Shown piece after piece: positions 1-6,644 of a stretch of 55,521 nucleotides of DNA (positions are counted from its first letter, which is position 1; each line of letters opens with the position of its first letter). Both the position numbers and the translations under genes were made by a program. This DNA comes from Rhodothermia bacterium (lineage in GTDB: Bacteria > Bacteroidota > Rhodothermia > Rhodothermales > UBA10348). The notes beneath the pieces are model-generated. The model saw only the letters and a list, made by a program, of their open reading frames with translations, was not told the origin of the DNA and searched no databases. The DNA lies in contig BTQE01000005.1 of the NCBI GenBank assembly GCA_036985715.1, positions 1-55,521 on the forward strand, written 5' to 3'.

Positions 1-279
1 GATGCCTTCGAAAAGGTATGGGAGGAGATTGAAGGTTGGCTTGATGATACTCCGTATCTGGCAACAACGACTGTTCTTGAGCGCCTTCAGGCTGCATATC
101 CAGGGCGGTATCAAAACAACAAACTTCGCACACTTCAGCGCCGTGTAAAAGCCTGGAGGCTCAGCCAAATTGAGAAGCCCGAACACGAGTTCAGCACGGG
201 AGATTCTCTCCCTGATGCAGACACGATTGAACTCGTTGTACATTGTGAAAGCCGTACTGGAAATGAGAGCCTCTGGTAA
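1..279 (+). CDS. C-terminal part of a DDE transposase (ISNCY/IS21-like C-terminal HTH region); 5' part lies outside the window
   Basis: Frame 1 is open from base 1 to TAA at 277-279: DAFEKVWEEIEGWLDDTP...LERLQAAYPGRY...LRTLQRRVKAWR, a motif typical of these transposases. Absent from the ORF track because it has no start codon. Confidence 0.8.
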   Translation, partial: DAFEKVWEEIEGWLDDTPYLATTTVLERLQAAYPGRYQNNKLRTLQRRVKAWRLSQIEKPEHEFSTGDSLPDADTIELVVHCESRTGNESLW

Positions 280-298
280 CATTTTAAACGAGGCAATG
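1..298 (+). mobile_element. Right end of an IS inserted into IS3 orfB
   Basis: The transposase stop is followed by a terminal-IR-like ggtaacattttaaacgaggcaa (275-296). IS3 orfB similarity on the minus strand stops abruptly at about 299. Confidence 0.7.
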
Positions 299-455
299 CG
301 CGGTGCGGACGCTCGACGTAGAGCTCGTCGAGGGCCCGCATGACGGAGAGGTTCTCTTCGCTCTCGCCTTTCGGCCGGTAGTATGCCGTCGAGCGGTTCA
401 GCGCGAGCAGCCGGCACTGCTTCGTCACAGGCAATCTGTTTTTACGGTCGATCAT
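299..455 (-). pseudogene. IS3 orfB transposase N-terminus, interrupted
   Basis: MIDRKNRLPVTKQCRLLALNRSTAYYRP...ENLSVMRALDELYVERP is a typical IS3 OrfB start. Residues after ERPHR are read from the antisense strand of the invading IS. Confidence 0.85.
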
Positions 456-469
456 TTGGCGGCGCTCAT

Positions 470-757
470 CTAACTGACGCGACCGAGCGCCTTCGATAAA
501 AAATCCTTCTCCATCGCCAACTCACCGATCTTGGCGTGGAGCTCTTTGATCTGAGCTTCCTGATCTCTCGGACCGGAACCGCCCGTCTCGAAGACATCCT
601 CGGCACTCGACAGAAGCTGCTTCTTCCAGGCGCTGATTTGATTCGGATGTACTTCGAACTGCTTGGCTAGCTCAGCCAGCGTGCGATCTCCTTTGATCGC
701 TGCCCGGGCCACCTTTGCCCTGAATGCAGAGCTGTGATTGCGTCTCTTGCGACTCAT
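470..757 (-). CDS. IS3-family transposase OrfA (HTH)
   Basis: MSRKRRNHSSAFRAKVA...TLAELAKQFEVHPNQISAWKKQLL...LHAKIGELAMEKDFL; SD-like aggagg upstream. Confidence 0.92.
   Translation of the reverse strand: MSRKRRNHSSAFRAKVARAAIKGDRTLAELAKQFEVHPNQISAWKKQLLSSAEDVFETGGSGPRDQEAQIKELHAKIGELAMEKDFLSKALGRVS
497..503 (-). promoter_or_regulatory. -1 programmed ribosomal frameshift heptamer T-TTT-TTA
   Basis: AAG GAT TTT TTA near the end of orfA. The -1 frame reads IEGARSRQLDERRQ without a stop directly into orfB MIDRK. Confidence 0.75.
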
Positions 758-943
758 CGTAAACCTCCTTTTTTGGGTTTGATAAGATCGTAAGATTCCA
801 CCTTAATTACGGCTTAACCTGTCCGGCTAACCCAGGCCATCTCTTCCTTTTAATGGGATTACCTCAACAACTTTCATTTTTGCGGCGATTGAATTTTCGG
901 AATTGCTGATACCGGAATAGGGTGGTTTCGGTTTTCATCAGTC

Positions 944-1037
944 ATAGAACGGCTGACAAATCAAGAAAGAGGCGGGCCACTCGCACGCCATAGGATTCTA
1001 CGCCCGCTTGACTTTGGTGGCCATAAGCGTGTTATCC
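944..1037 (-). repeat. attC site (family A)
   Basis: Begins 8 nt after the toxin stop with R'' GGATAAC and ends at R' GTTCTAT. Imperfect hairpin (aaagtcaag/cttgattt, gcgggc/gcccgc). Near-copy of 4494-4589. Confidence 0.88.
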
Positions 1038-1045
1038 GCACGTCT

Positions 1046-1333
1046 TCACTTGGGCTCTCCTGTTAGTTGGGCTGAATGCCAGACCCCAACAATCATCACC
1101 ACATCATCCTCTAATCGATAGAAAAACCGATATGGAGAAACGACGACTTCTCGATAGGGTAGGTCTGGGAATTCAGGAAGCGGTCGCCCGGATTCTGGGA
1201 AGTCAATCAAGCGTCCAAGCGAATTTTCTGCTTTAAGGCGAAAGTTCTTAGCAGCTGATGGCTTGTCACTGGCAATGAATCGAAGCGCCTTCCGGAATTG
1301 AGATCTCGCAGTTCGCGTGAATCTTATTTCCAT
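1046..1333 (-). CDS. RelE/ParE-family toxin
   Basis: 95 aa, IRFTRTARSQF...L.DFPESGRPLPE...YREVVVSPYRFFYRL...IVGVWHS. Overlaps the antitoxin stop (TAATG). Confidence 0.9.
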   Translation of the reverse strand: MEIRFTRTARSQFRKALRFIASDKPSAAKNFRLKAENSLGRLIDFPESGRPLPEFPDLPYREVVVSPYRFFYRLEDDVVMIVGVWHSAQLTGEPK

Positions 1334-1608
1334 TACAGCTCAGAAAGGATTTGATCTGCTTCGACGAAGACTTCGTCCATCGAATACGTTTCCCCGGCTG
1401 CAATTTCCTGTTCCCCTCGCGCAAGGATTTTCAATATTTCGAGTTCGTGCTGCGATCTCTGATATGACTCGGCGCTAACCATTACGACGGCAGCTCTTCC
1501 ACGCTGGGTAATTACGACCGGATCAGGGGAGGACGAGATGTCCTTGACGATACTTGCTATTGCCTGGCGAAGCTCTGAAATAGGAATGATCTTAGGAACA
1601 GCCTTCAT
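1333..1608 (-). CDS. Phd/YefM-family antitoxin
   Basis: IIPISELRQ...PVVITQRGRAAVVMVSAESY, acidic C-terminus, directly upstream of the toxin. Confidence 0.92.
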   Translation of the reverse strand: MKAVPKIIPISELRQAIASIVKDISSSPDPVVITQRGRAAVVMVSAESYQRSQHELEILKILARGEQEIAAGETYSMDEVFVEADQILSEL

Positions 1609-1625
1609 GATTGCCCGCGGTAACT

Positions 1626-1655
1626 AGTACATAATATCGTACAATCAACTGTACG
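1626..1655. promoter_or_regulatory. Putative YefM-type TA autoregulatory operator: three GTAC cores 12 bp apart
   Basis: GTAC at 1627, 1639 and 1651 in the AT-rich leader of the Phd/YefM gene. E. coli YefM-YoeB binds TGTACA-core palindromes spaced 12 bp. Confidence 0.65.
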
Positions 1656-1678
1656 TGTTAAATATTGTTTCAAAGTGC

Positions 1679-1818
1679 GGATAACAGCTGGCGGATCTGC
1701 GGACAGGGTCCGATTGCGTCTTCATTCTACCCCAGAGAGGGCGTAAGGTCAAGAGGAGCAATAGAATGCCGAAGCGCAAAGCGGCCCCATCGGGCAGCAG
1801 GGCGGAGGCGAGTTAGAT
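1679..1818 (-). repeat. attC site (family B) of a mostly deleted cassette
   Basis: R'' ATCTAAC (1812-1818) and R' GTTATCC (1679-1685), with internal pairs cattcta/tagaatg and ttgcg/cgcaa. The R'-proximal 22 bp match attC 3658-3766 at 20/22. Confidence 0.75.
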
Positions 1819-1866
1819 TGCGATGAGCCAACGAAGCCCGAGCCTGCGTGGCCGACCCGCAGAACC

Positions 1867-2055
1867 ATGATACCGTCCGCCGGGAAAGTGGCGCTTCAAA
1901 TAACGAAGCAGGATAACCGGGTCAGGGTCCTGCCGGAAGGTCTTGTGTTCGAGATGTGCTGTGTAGATCGACACCGCGCGCGAAGAGAGGTGGACATCAA
2001 GTCCGACGTAAATATCTTGTCCAGAGAAGTCGAGCTCTGTAGCTTGAGTCTTCAT
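1867..2055 (-). pseudogene. Truncated IS110-family transposase (first 63 codons)
   Basis: MKTQATELDFSGQDIYVGLDVH...HKTFRQ...LRYLKRHFPGGRYH contains the first RuvC-like (DEDD) Asp motif (YVGLDVH). Similarity ends before the expected YEAG motif. Confidence 0.82.
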
Positions 2056-2144
2056 GGTAAGCCTCGTGATATGGCGGGAGTTGGGACTATTCAAACCCAA
2101 GCTACCCACTTTGTCCAAGGCTTACTGCTTTAACATACCGTCTT

Positions 2145-2157
2145 GTTATGAAGCCGT
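2145..2157 (-). repeat. R'' remnant of the attC of the HigBA cassette
   Basis: Minus-strand ACGGCTTCATAAC overlaps the higA stop and is the exact complement of the cassette start GTTATGAAGCCGT (3664-3652). The rest of the attC is replaced by IS110 sequence. Confidence 0.75.
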
Positions 2158-3243
2158 TTTTGGCGACCAACTATATTTGACCTTTAGGTCGTTGCATTGA
2201 TTAAATCTTAGGATTCTGTCGTGTTGAAGTCGGCCTACTACGATTCCGGGAGCTATGCCAAGTTGATCTGCCAATTCATTAATGTCAGCTTTGGCAAAAG
2301 ACTGATTTGCGACAAAGTTTCGATAATTGTCTGGTGGGATTAGAAAATTTGCAGCCCACCGGTTTGCCGCTTGCTCTTCTTCGCCTTCATTTTTCTCATT
2401 GTCTAAAAAAATAGCTCTTTTTCCATGCAAGAGAACGTGTGCCGCTTCGTGAAAGAAGGTGAACCACAGGTGATCATTGGTCTTATATCTCAGAGAAAGT
2501 TGTATGAGTGCATTACTTGGGCTAATCCATCTGGTGGCCCCACTGACGCAAGATTTTGGTAGTTGTGGAACAAACACCACGGCAACACCTGATTCGGCAC
2601 ACATCGTTTCGAGTTCCGCCAGAAAGACGTCAGGTTTACTTCGAGTTAATGACCGAACACTATTAAGCGCATCGACAAATTTAGACTTGCTAAAAGGAGC
2701 AAGCCTAATCTGATTTGCCCCGAGAATTCCGGCACGTAGCCACGCGCCCAACGAATAATCATTCACATCGAATGCGGAGGACCTCCGAAAAGCCACTTCG
2801 TATCGAGTATACAATTTTTCCCACTGCTCGGGCGACGAAACGCCAAGGTATTGAAGTAGATTTTTTACGTTTTCGGAAGGATCTTTCACCTTAGGGAGAA
2901 AACCCGAGGCGGCCATTTCCTTTAACGGAAACTTCGACGCCCAAGACCTTTCTTTTGCCAAAAGATTGTCCTGGTTTTGACGAGCTAAATATTCTCTAAA
3001 GTATTGTTCTCTGGTATTCCAGAATCGCGCAGGGATCCCTAAAACGAGTTCCAATTCCAACGCGGTTTCCTGAGTAATCGCTGCCTTCCCATTAATAATC
3101 TCATTTATCGTCTTTTTTGGCCTACCCATCCGAGTAGCCAACTCTGCCTGGCTCAGGTTTCGTTCATCGAGCAAATCCTTAAGCGTCGAACCCGGTGTCG
3201 ACACATAGTCAGGCTTGTATTGGTTTGTCACTGACTTAACCAT
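2146..3243 (-). CDS. higA: HigA-family antitoxin, Xre HTH fused to an ImmA/IrrE-type Zn metallopeptidase domain
   Basis: Likely start ATG 3243 (MVKSVTNQYKPDYVSTPG), overlapping the higB stop. HTH SQAELATRMGRPKKTINEIINGKAAIT; HExxH in FFHEAAHVLLH...EEQAANRWA. Confidence 0.88.
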   Translation of the reverse strand: MVKSVTNQYKPDYVSTPGSTLKDLLDERNLSQAELATRMGRPKKTINEIINGKAAITQETALELELVLGIPARFWNTREQYFREYLARQNQDNLLAKERSWASKFPLKEMAASGFLPKVKDPSENVKNLLQYLGVSSPEQWEKLYTRYEVAFRRSSAFDVNDYSLGAWLRAGILGANQIRLAPFSKSKFVDALNSVRSLTRSKPDVFLAELETMCAESGVAVVFVPQLPKSCVSGATRWISPSNALIQLSLRYKTNDHLWFTFFHEAAHVLLHGKRAIFLDNEKNEGEEEQAANRWAANFLIPPDNYRNFVANQSFAKADINELADQLGIAPGIVVGRLQHDRILRFNQCNDLKVKYSWSPKTAS

Positions 3244-3571
3244 GAGTGTCCTCGATTGAAATAATTTTGATTGCCTCGACATTCGACCAGTCGAGTCCTC
3301 CATCCATTTTAACCGGAGGCGGGTGCGGTACAGAAACGAACAGTAACCTATAGGGATGTTCTAAATCCAATGACAATGTCTTTGCCTTGTCTCCCTTTAG
3401 TTCATGACATCTGCCTGGAAGAAGTCTCATTTCTTCCAAATTTGAAACTGCCTGTAAGTTGTCTAGCCTACGGCGTAACGTTCTTGCATGATTTTGACCA
3501 AGTTTCTTGACTGCGTTTTTCGAGTCATTACACAGTTTTTCGAGCTTCCTAGAGTTGTATTCGATATCCAA
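3236..3571 (-). CDS. higB: HigB/RelE-family toxin (killer suppression protein type)
   Basis: MDIEYNSRKLEKLC...RRRLDNLQA...GRCHELKGD...SLDLEHPYRLLF...IEDTH; toxin-first gene order typical of higBA. Confidence 0.88.
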   Translation of the reverse strand: MDIEYNSRKLEKLCNDSKNAVKKLGQNHARTLRRRLDNLQAVSNLEEMRLLPGRCHELKGDKAKTLSLDLEHPYRLLFVSVPHPPPVKMDGGLDWSNVEAIKIISIEDTHG

Positions 3572-3586
3572 GACATCGGATGATAT

Positions 3587-3614
3587 GTTAATAAATTAAC
3601 CTGTGGGGTTAATT
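3587..3614. promoter_or_regulatory. Putative HigA operator palindromes
   Basis: AATTAACC-N5-GGTTAATT (3594-3614) with an overlapping GTTAAT-aa-ATTAAC (3587-3600), just upstream of higB in an AT-rich leader. Confidence 0.6.
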
Positions 3615-3657
3615 AAATAAAATATATACTAATTTCAACTTTGTTCCAAAGACGGCT

Positions 3658-3766
3658 TCATAACGGCTGGCGGATTTGCGGCGAGTAATTCGCTCACCGT
3701 CCTGAAAGTAACCGATTCCGACCGGCTCAGTTAGTCGGGCGAGCCCGCAACATGCGCAGGTTATCT
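3658..3766 (-). repeat. attC site (family B)
   Basis: R'' AGATAAC contains the upstream gene's TAA stop; R' is GTTATGA. Inner pairing ttgcgg/ccgcaa. Shares its R'-proximal arm with 1679-1818. Confidence 0.85.
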
Positions 3767-4396
3767 GGCCTTTCGACGGCTGCCTAATTGGTATGCGATT
3801 CCAAATCTCGACATCCATTGCGTACTCTTGTGGCCAGAATTCGTATCGCCCAAGCGCATCCCAATCTGTCCACCACCGACAAATCTTAGTGTCTGACTTA
3901 AATTGAGCTGTACCCTAACACCTGACGTTACGCTTCTAACTATATCGCTGTGATCCTTTCCGGGATTGCCAACAATTCCGAAGCCGCCCACGTACTTGGC
4001 ACGCAAAAACTGCTGCGAGAGTCCGAGATGGATACTAAAGTTGACTGGATTTGCCGTCAACTGTTGTCGTAACCGAAGGCCAAGCATTCCGGCTCGGTAA
4101 GCGTATGCCACACAGTCTGCGCCGCAGCTCACGAACTCGGTAACACCATCGCTCCAGTATGCCGCATAAAGTGCGGCCGAAAGGGTTTTCCCAGTGTTTG
4201 GGTGAAAGTAAATCGGCACGGAGAACTCGACTTCCGGATAAATTGCGCTCTCAGTTGAACCGCGCAACGGTTCGATCGCACCAAGCGACACGCTAATCAT
4301 CGGTGATGGTTGCTGAGCCCATCCGAGTGTTGATTCTTGGAGTCCGGATACAATAATCAGAGCCGTGACAAGCAGGGCCGTAGAATAATTTCGCAT
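3761..4396 (-). CDS. Cassette-borne secreted protein, putative small outer-membrane beta-barrel
   Basis: Likely start MRNYSTALLVTALII with a signal peptide (..GWA-Q). Amphipathic strands end in SRFGIAYQL. Stop lies inside the attC R''. Confidence 0.6.
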   Translation of the reverse strand: MRNYSTALLVTALIIVSGLQESTLGWAQQPSPMISVSLGAIEPLRGSTESAIYPEVEFSVPIYFHPNTGKTLSAALYAAYWSDGVTEFVSCGADCVAYAYRAGMLGLRLRQQLTANPVNFSIHLGLSQQFLRAKYVGGFGIVGNPGKDHSDIVRSVTSGVRVQLNLSQTLRFVGGGQIGMRLGDTNSGHKSTQWMSRFGIAYQLGSRRKAR

Positions 4397-4493
4397 GGCA
4401 AGGAAAGCACTGATTGAACAACTGCGATGCGGCGACAAGAATCGATAGGCATCTTTCGATATGGAGGTGAACAGAAAGGTACGAAAATGGTCC

Positions 4494-4589
4494 AGATAAC
4501 GGCCGACAAATCAAGTAAGAGGCGGGCTATAGACGCCCACCATGGGATTCTATGTCCGTTTGACTTTGGTGGCCATAAGCGTGTTCTAC
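4494..4589 (-). repeat. attC site (family A)
   Basis: R'' GTAGAAC starts 3 nt after the toxin stop; R' is GTTATCT. A 26-bp segment (ttgactttggtggccataagcgtgtt) is identical to 1008-1033. Confidence 0.88.
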
Positions 4590-4592
4590 GGC

Positions 4593-4895
4593 CTACCTCT
4601 CCTTAGATCCACCGAACAACTTTGCAGAATGTGTCAATGTTAATATTTCTACAGATTTAGCGACAGCATCGTAGAAATAGATTATCCTGTACCCTCGGTG
4701 AAGTAGCTCACGAATCTGCGGGTCGTTAATCTCAGGGACTATCCGACCAAGTTCTGGCATCTGAGCCAAAGAATGTACCCTTTCGAAAACCCCCGCCACA
4801 AATATTGACGCATAGCCTGGGGAAACCTCTAGATAATATCCCTCAATCGAATCTAAATCTCGCAATGCTTGCGGCAGCCACTTCAGTTCTGCCAC
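4593..4895 (-). CDS. RelE/ParE-family toxin
   Basis: LKWLPQALRDLDSI...L.QMPELGRIVPE...IRELLHRGYRIIY...ILTLTHS. Confidence 0.9.
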   Translation of the reverse strand: MAELKWLPQALRDLDSIEGYYLEVSPGYASIFVAGVFERVHSLAQMPELGRIVPEINDPQIRELLHRGYRIIYFYDAVAKSVEILTLTHSAKLFGGSKER

Positions 4896-4898
4896 GGA

Positions 4899-5102
4899 TC
4901 AATTCCACTTGCGATCTGCACGTGGCTTTCCAAACTCTCGCATAGCCTCTTCTTGGGAAATACCCTGACCTTTCTGGTCTAGACCGGTACGAACCTTACT
5001 CAAAAGAACAATGCGCTCAATAAAATCGTCGAGATTCATATCATCAGCGGACATCTCACGCATTACTTTCTGAATGTCAGATTTAGAAATAGTGCTTGGC
5101 AT
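4899..5102 (-). CDS. Small putative antitoxin (67 aa)
   Basis: Likely start MPSTISKSDIQKVMREM...LDDFIERIVLLSKVRTGL...GISQEEA, ending 3 nt before the toxin. The longer ORF call would cross the cassette boundary at 5190. Confidence 0.75.
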   Translation of the reverse strand: MPSTISKSDIQKVMREMSADDMNLDDFIERIVLLSKVRTGLDQKGQGISQEEAMREFGKPRADRKWN

Positions 5103-5183
5103 GGACCTACTCAGTATTGGAGACTTCGCTTCGTAATGATACTCAACCGGATACTTTGGGTTCGGCAAGACCGATATTTGGCC

Positions 5184-5250
5184 GTAGAACCGGTATTCTA
5201 CGAAACGGCCTCCCTCAATTATACATAGTGGGTAGAATCCCAAGTTGGAA
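5184..5250 (-). repeat. attC-like (or attI-like) site at the start of the TA cassette
   Basis: R' GTTCTAC(GGCC) is complementary to that cassette's R'' over 11 bp. Minus strand reads TTCCAAC-ttggg-ATTCTAC...GTAGAAT-accg-GTT, a paired L''/L' arrangement with atypical spacing. Confidence 0.6.
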
Positions 5251-5432
5251 CAAGTCTAACGTGCACAACTACTTGAATCAATAATTGGAGGTGACAATTC
5301 GGCTCCAGCCTGGGTACTACCAATCGGCATCTCACCGGTCTGTATATCACGCATGACAACATTTGCGTGGTCGGCTTATCAGGCGGGCCGCATTTCACAA
5401 TTCTAATGAAATCAGATCCAATGACCTGATGC

Positions 5433-5520
5433 TCAGAACAAATCCCTTACGCGGTGGAAGTCAAGTCCTTTCTGTTATCCATGCCTTGCCCCACGCTCAC
5501 GCATCATAGATCTGTTCTAC
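5433..5520 (-). repeat. Possible degenerate attC site
   Basis: Ends GTAGAACagatc ... gatttGTTCTGA pair; inner gtggggcaag/cttgacttccac pair. No clear ORF attached. Confidence 0.45.
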
Positions 5521-5653
5521 TGACTTCGCATCGCCGGGTAGGAGATCCGAGTCCCGACCTCATTATCAGGTTTAAACGGGCCTTTTCTTCTCGGAATTAT
5601 GCAAATCGCTTGACTTCTGCCTAATGATATGGCCTGGTTAGACGGCAACCACG

Positions 5654-6346
5654 CTATAGACGGTCTGCGACAACGACCTCTGATGGAATCGCGAATGGGG
5701 CCACGTGGGCGTGATAACGAAGCCTCCACTCGGAGGAGGAGAGAACGCCTGCGAGCTCGATCGGGCGGCAGCCACCCACAAGCGAGGGACCTAGCTTGTG
5801 TACTGCTGTCCAGAGCCGGGCGACCATGCGAGACGCGAATCCCGACCCTGTGGAAAGACTGGAGAGACATAGAAGACCTCCTGGTTCCAGCATGCGGTGG
5901 GCCTCGCGAAGAACAAGGGCAATGTCCTGATCGGACAGCAGATCCAATACGTAAGTGGAAACGAAGCGATCGTAAAATTCGGATGGCTCCTGCGCCGGAG
6001 GACTTCCGTCGCTCAGGCTGACCTTCGCCCGGGAGCTGAATACGGCAAGCCGATCTTCGGCGAGCCTGACCATCGTCGGGCTAAGATCGACGGCCCGGTA
6101 GACGGCGTCGGAGGGAAGGTGCTCAGACAGAAGGCGGAGCCCAAACCGCCCGGTGCCGCATCCGAACTCGAACATGTTCCGAGCAGAAGCGAATTGCCCA
6201 TTTTGGATGATGAGGTCCAACGCACGATTTTCGTAGAACGACTGGGAGTCCAGGAGTGTGCCGAGGCGGTTGTACACGCGTCGGGCTTTTTCTCGGGAGA
6301 GGGTCTTCACGGCAGACTCATTTTCGAAGGTACGTTCGCTCCGCAT
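5654..6346 (-). CDS. Class I SAM-dependent methyltransferase (possibly cassette-borne)
   Basis: Motif I FEFGCGTG, AVDLSPTM, LREAHRMLEPGG. Start uncertain (ATG 6346 or GTG 6310). GTCTAAC lies 10 nt after the stop. Confidence 0.85.
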   Translation of the reverse strand: MRSERTFENESAVKTLSREKARRVYNRLGTLLDSQSFYENRALDLIIQNGQFASARNMFEFGCGTGRFGLRLLSEHLPSDAVYRAVDLSPTMVRLAEDRLAVFSSRAKVSLSDGSPPAQEPSEFYDRFVSTYVLDLLSDQDIALVLREAHRMLEPGGLLCLSSLSTGSGFASRMVARLWTAVHKLGPSLVGGCRPIELAGVLSSSEWRLRYHAHVAPFAIPSEVVVADRL

Positions 6347-6599
6347 CCGAACTTGCAAACTCAGGCGCAAAAGGTTGAGCGGATACTATTCGTTTCAAGC
6401 AATGTAGACGTAGCGCTCAAAACCGGCAAGACTCGCACGTTCGTTGTCGGACGACGAACTCCGGCACGCAGCGATCGGTGTGGATACGGCTAATCCTGAT
6501 TCCCCTCGACCAAAGGAAGCAATTATTGGAGGTTAGATCGAGGGAAAGTGGACGAAGTAATACTTTAAAGAATTGGTGAAACGCGCCGAATAATGCAAC

Positions 6600-6617
6600 T
6601 GACCGACAGGTCGGTCG
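6600..6617. promoter_or_regulatory. TetR operator 1
   Basis: TGACCGAC-AG-GTCGGTCG palindrome upstream of the TetR gene; matches operator 2. Confidence 0.85.
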
Positions 6618-6644
6618 GTACATCATGCATCTACCCACAAAGTC

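Larger units (their letters stand above)
299..844 (-). mobile_element. IS3-family insertion sequence, left portion (interrupted)
   Basis: orfA plus the start of orfB with a frameshift motif. Left terminal region reads agagatggcctgggttagccggacagg on the minus strand (about 844-818), IS3-like. Exact end uncertain. Confidence 0.8.

Noticed and set aside
135-298. C-terminal half of ORF 135-455
   Set aside because: It is an antisense read-through into the invading IS, not IS3 OrfB.
3244-3303. Longer higA start
   Set aside because: It overlaps higB extensively; ATG 3243 couples to the higB stop.
3609-3818. 69-aa ORF
   Set aside because: It spans an attC site and the higB promoter and has no protein features.
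944-4589. Repeated ~95-bp elements as a CRISPR array or REP/MITE
   Set aside because: They are separated by whole genes, no cas genes are present, and the end complementarity fits attC cassettes.
5103-5243. N-terminal extension of the antitoxin ORF (114-aa call)
   Set aside because: It crosses the cassette boundary at 5190; ATG 5102 gives a typical antitoxin size.
6439-6459. Hairpin gttcgttgtc-g-gacgacgaac as a terminator or attC
   Set aside because: No U-tract and no convincing paired R boxes.
5190-6640. Integron integrase (intI) expected here
   Set aside because: No ORF with tyrosine-recombinase motifs. The plus-strand ORFs 5629-6021 and 5897-6493 are shadows of the methyltransferase.
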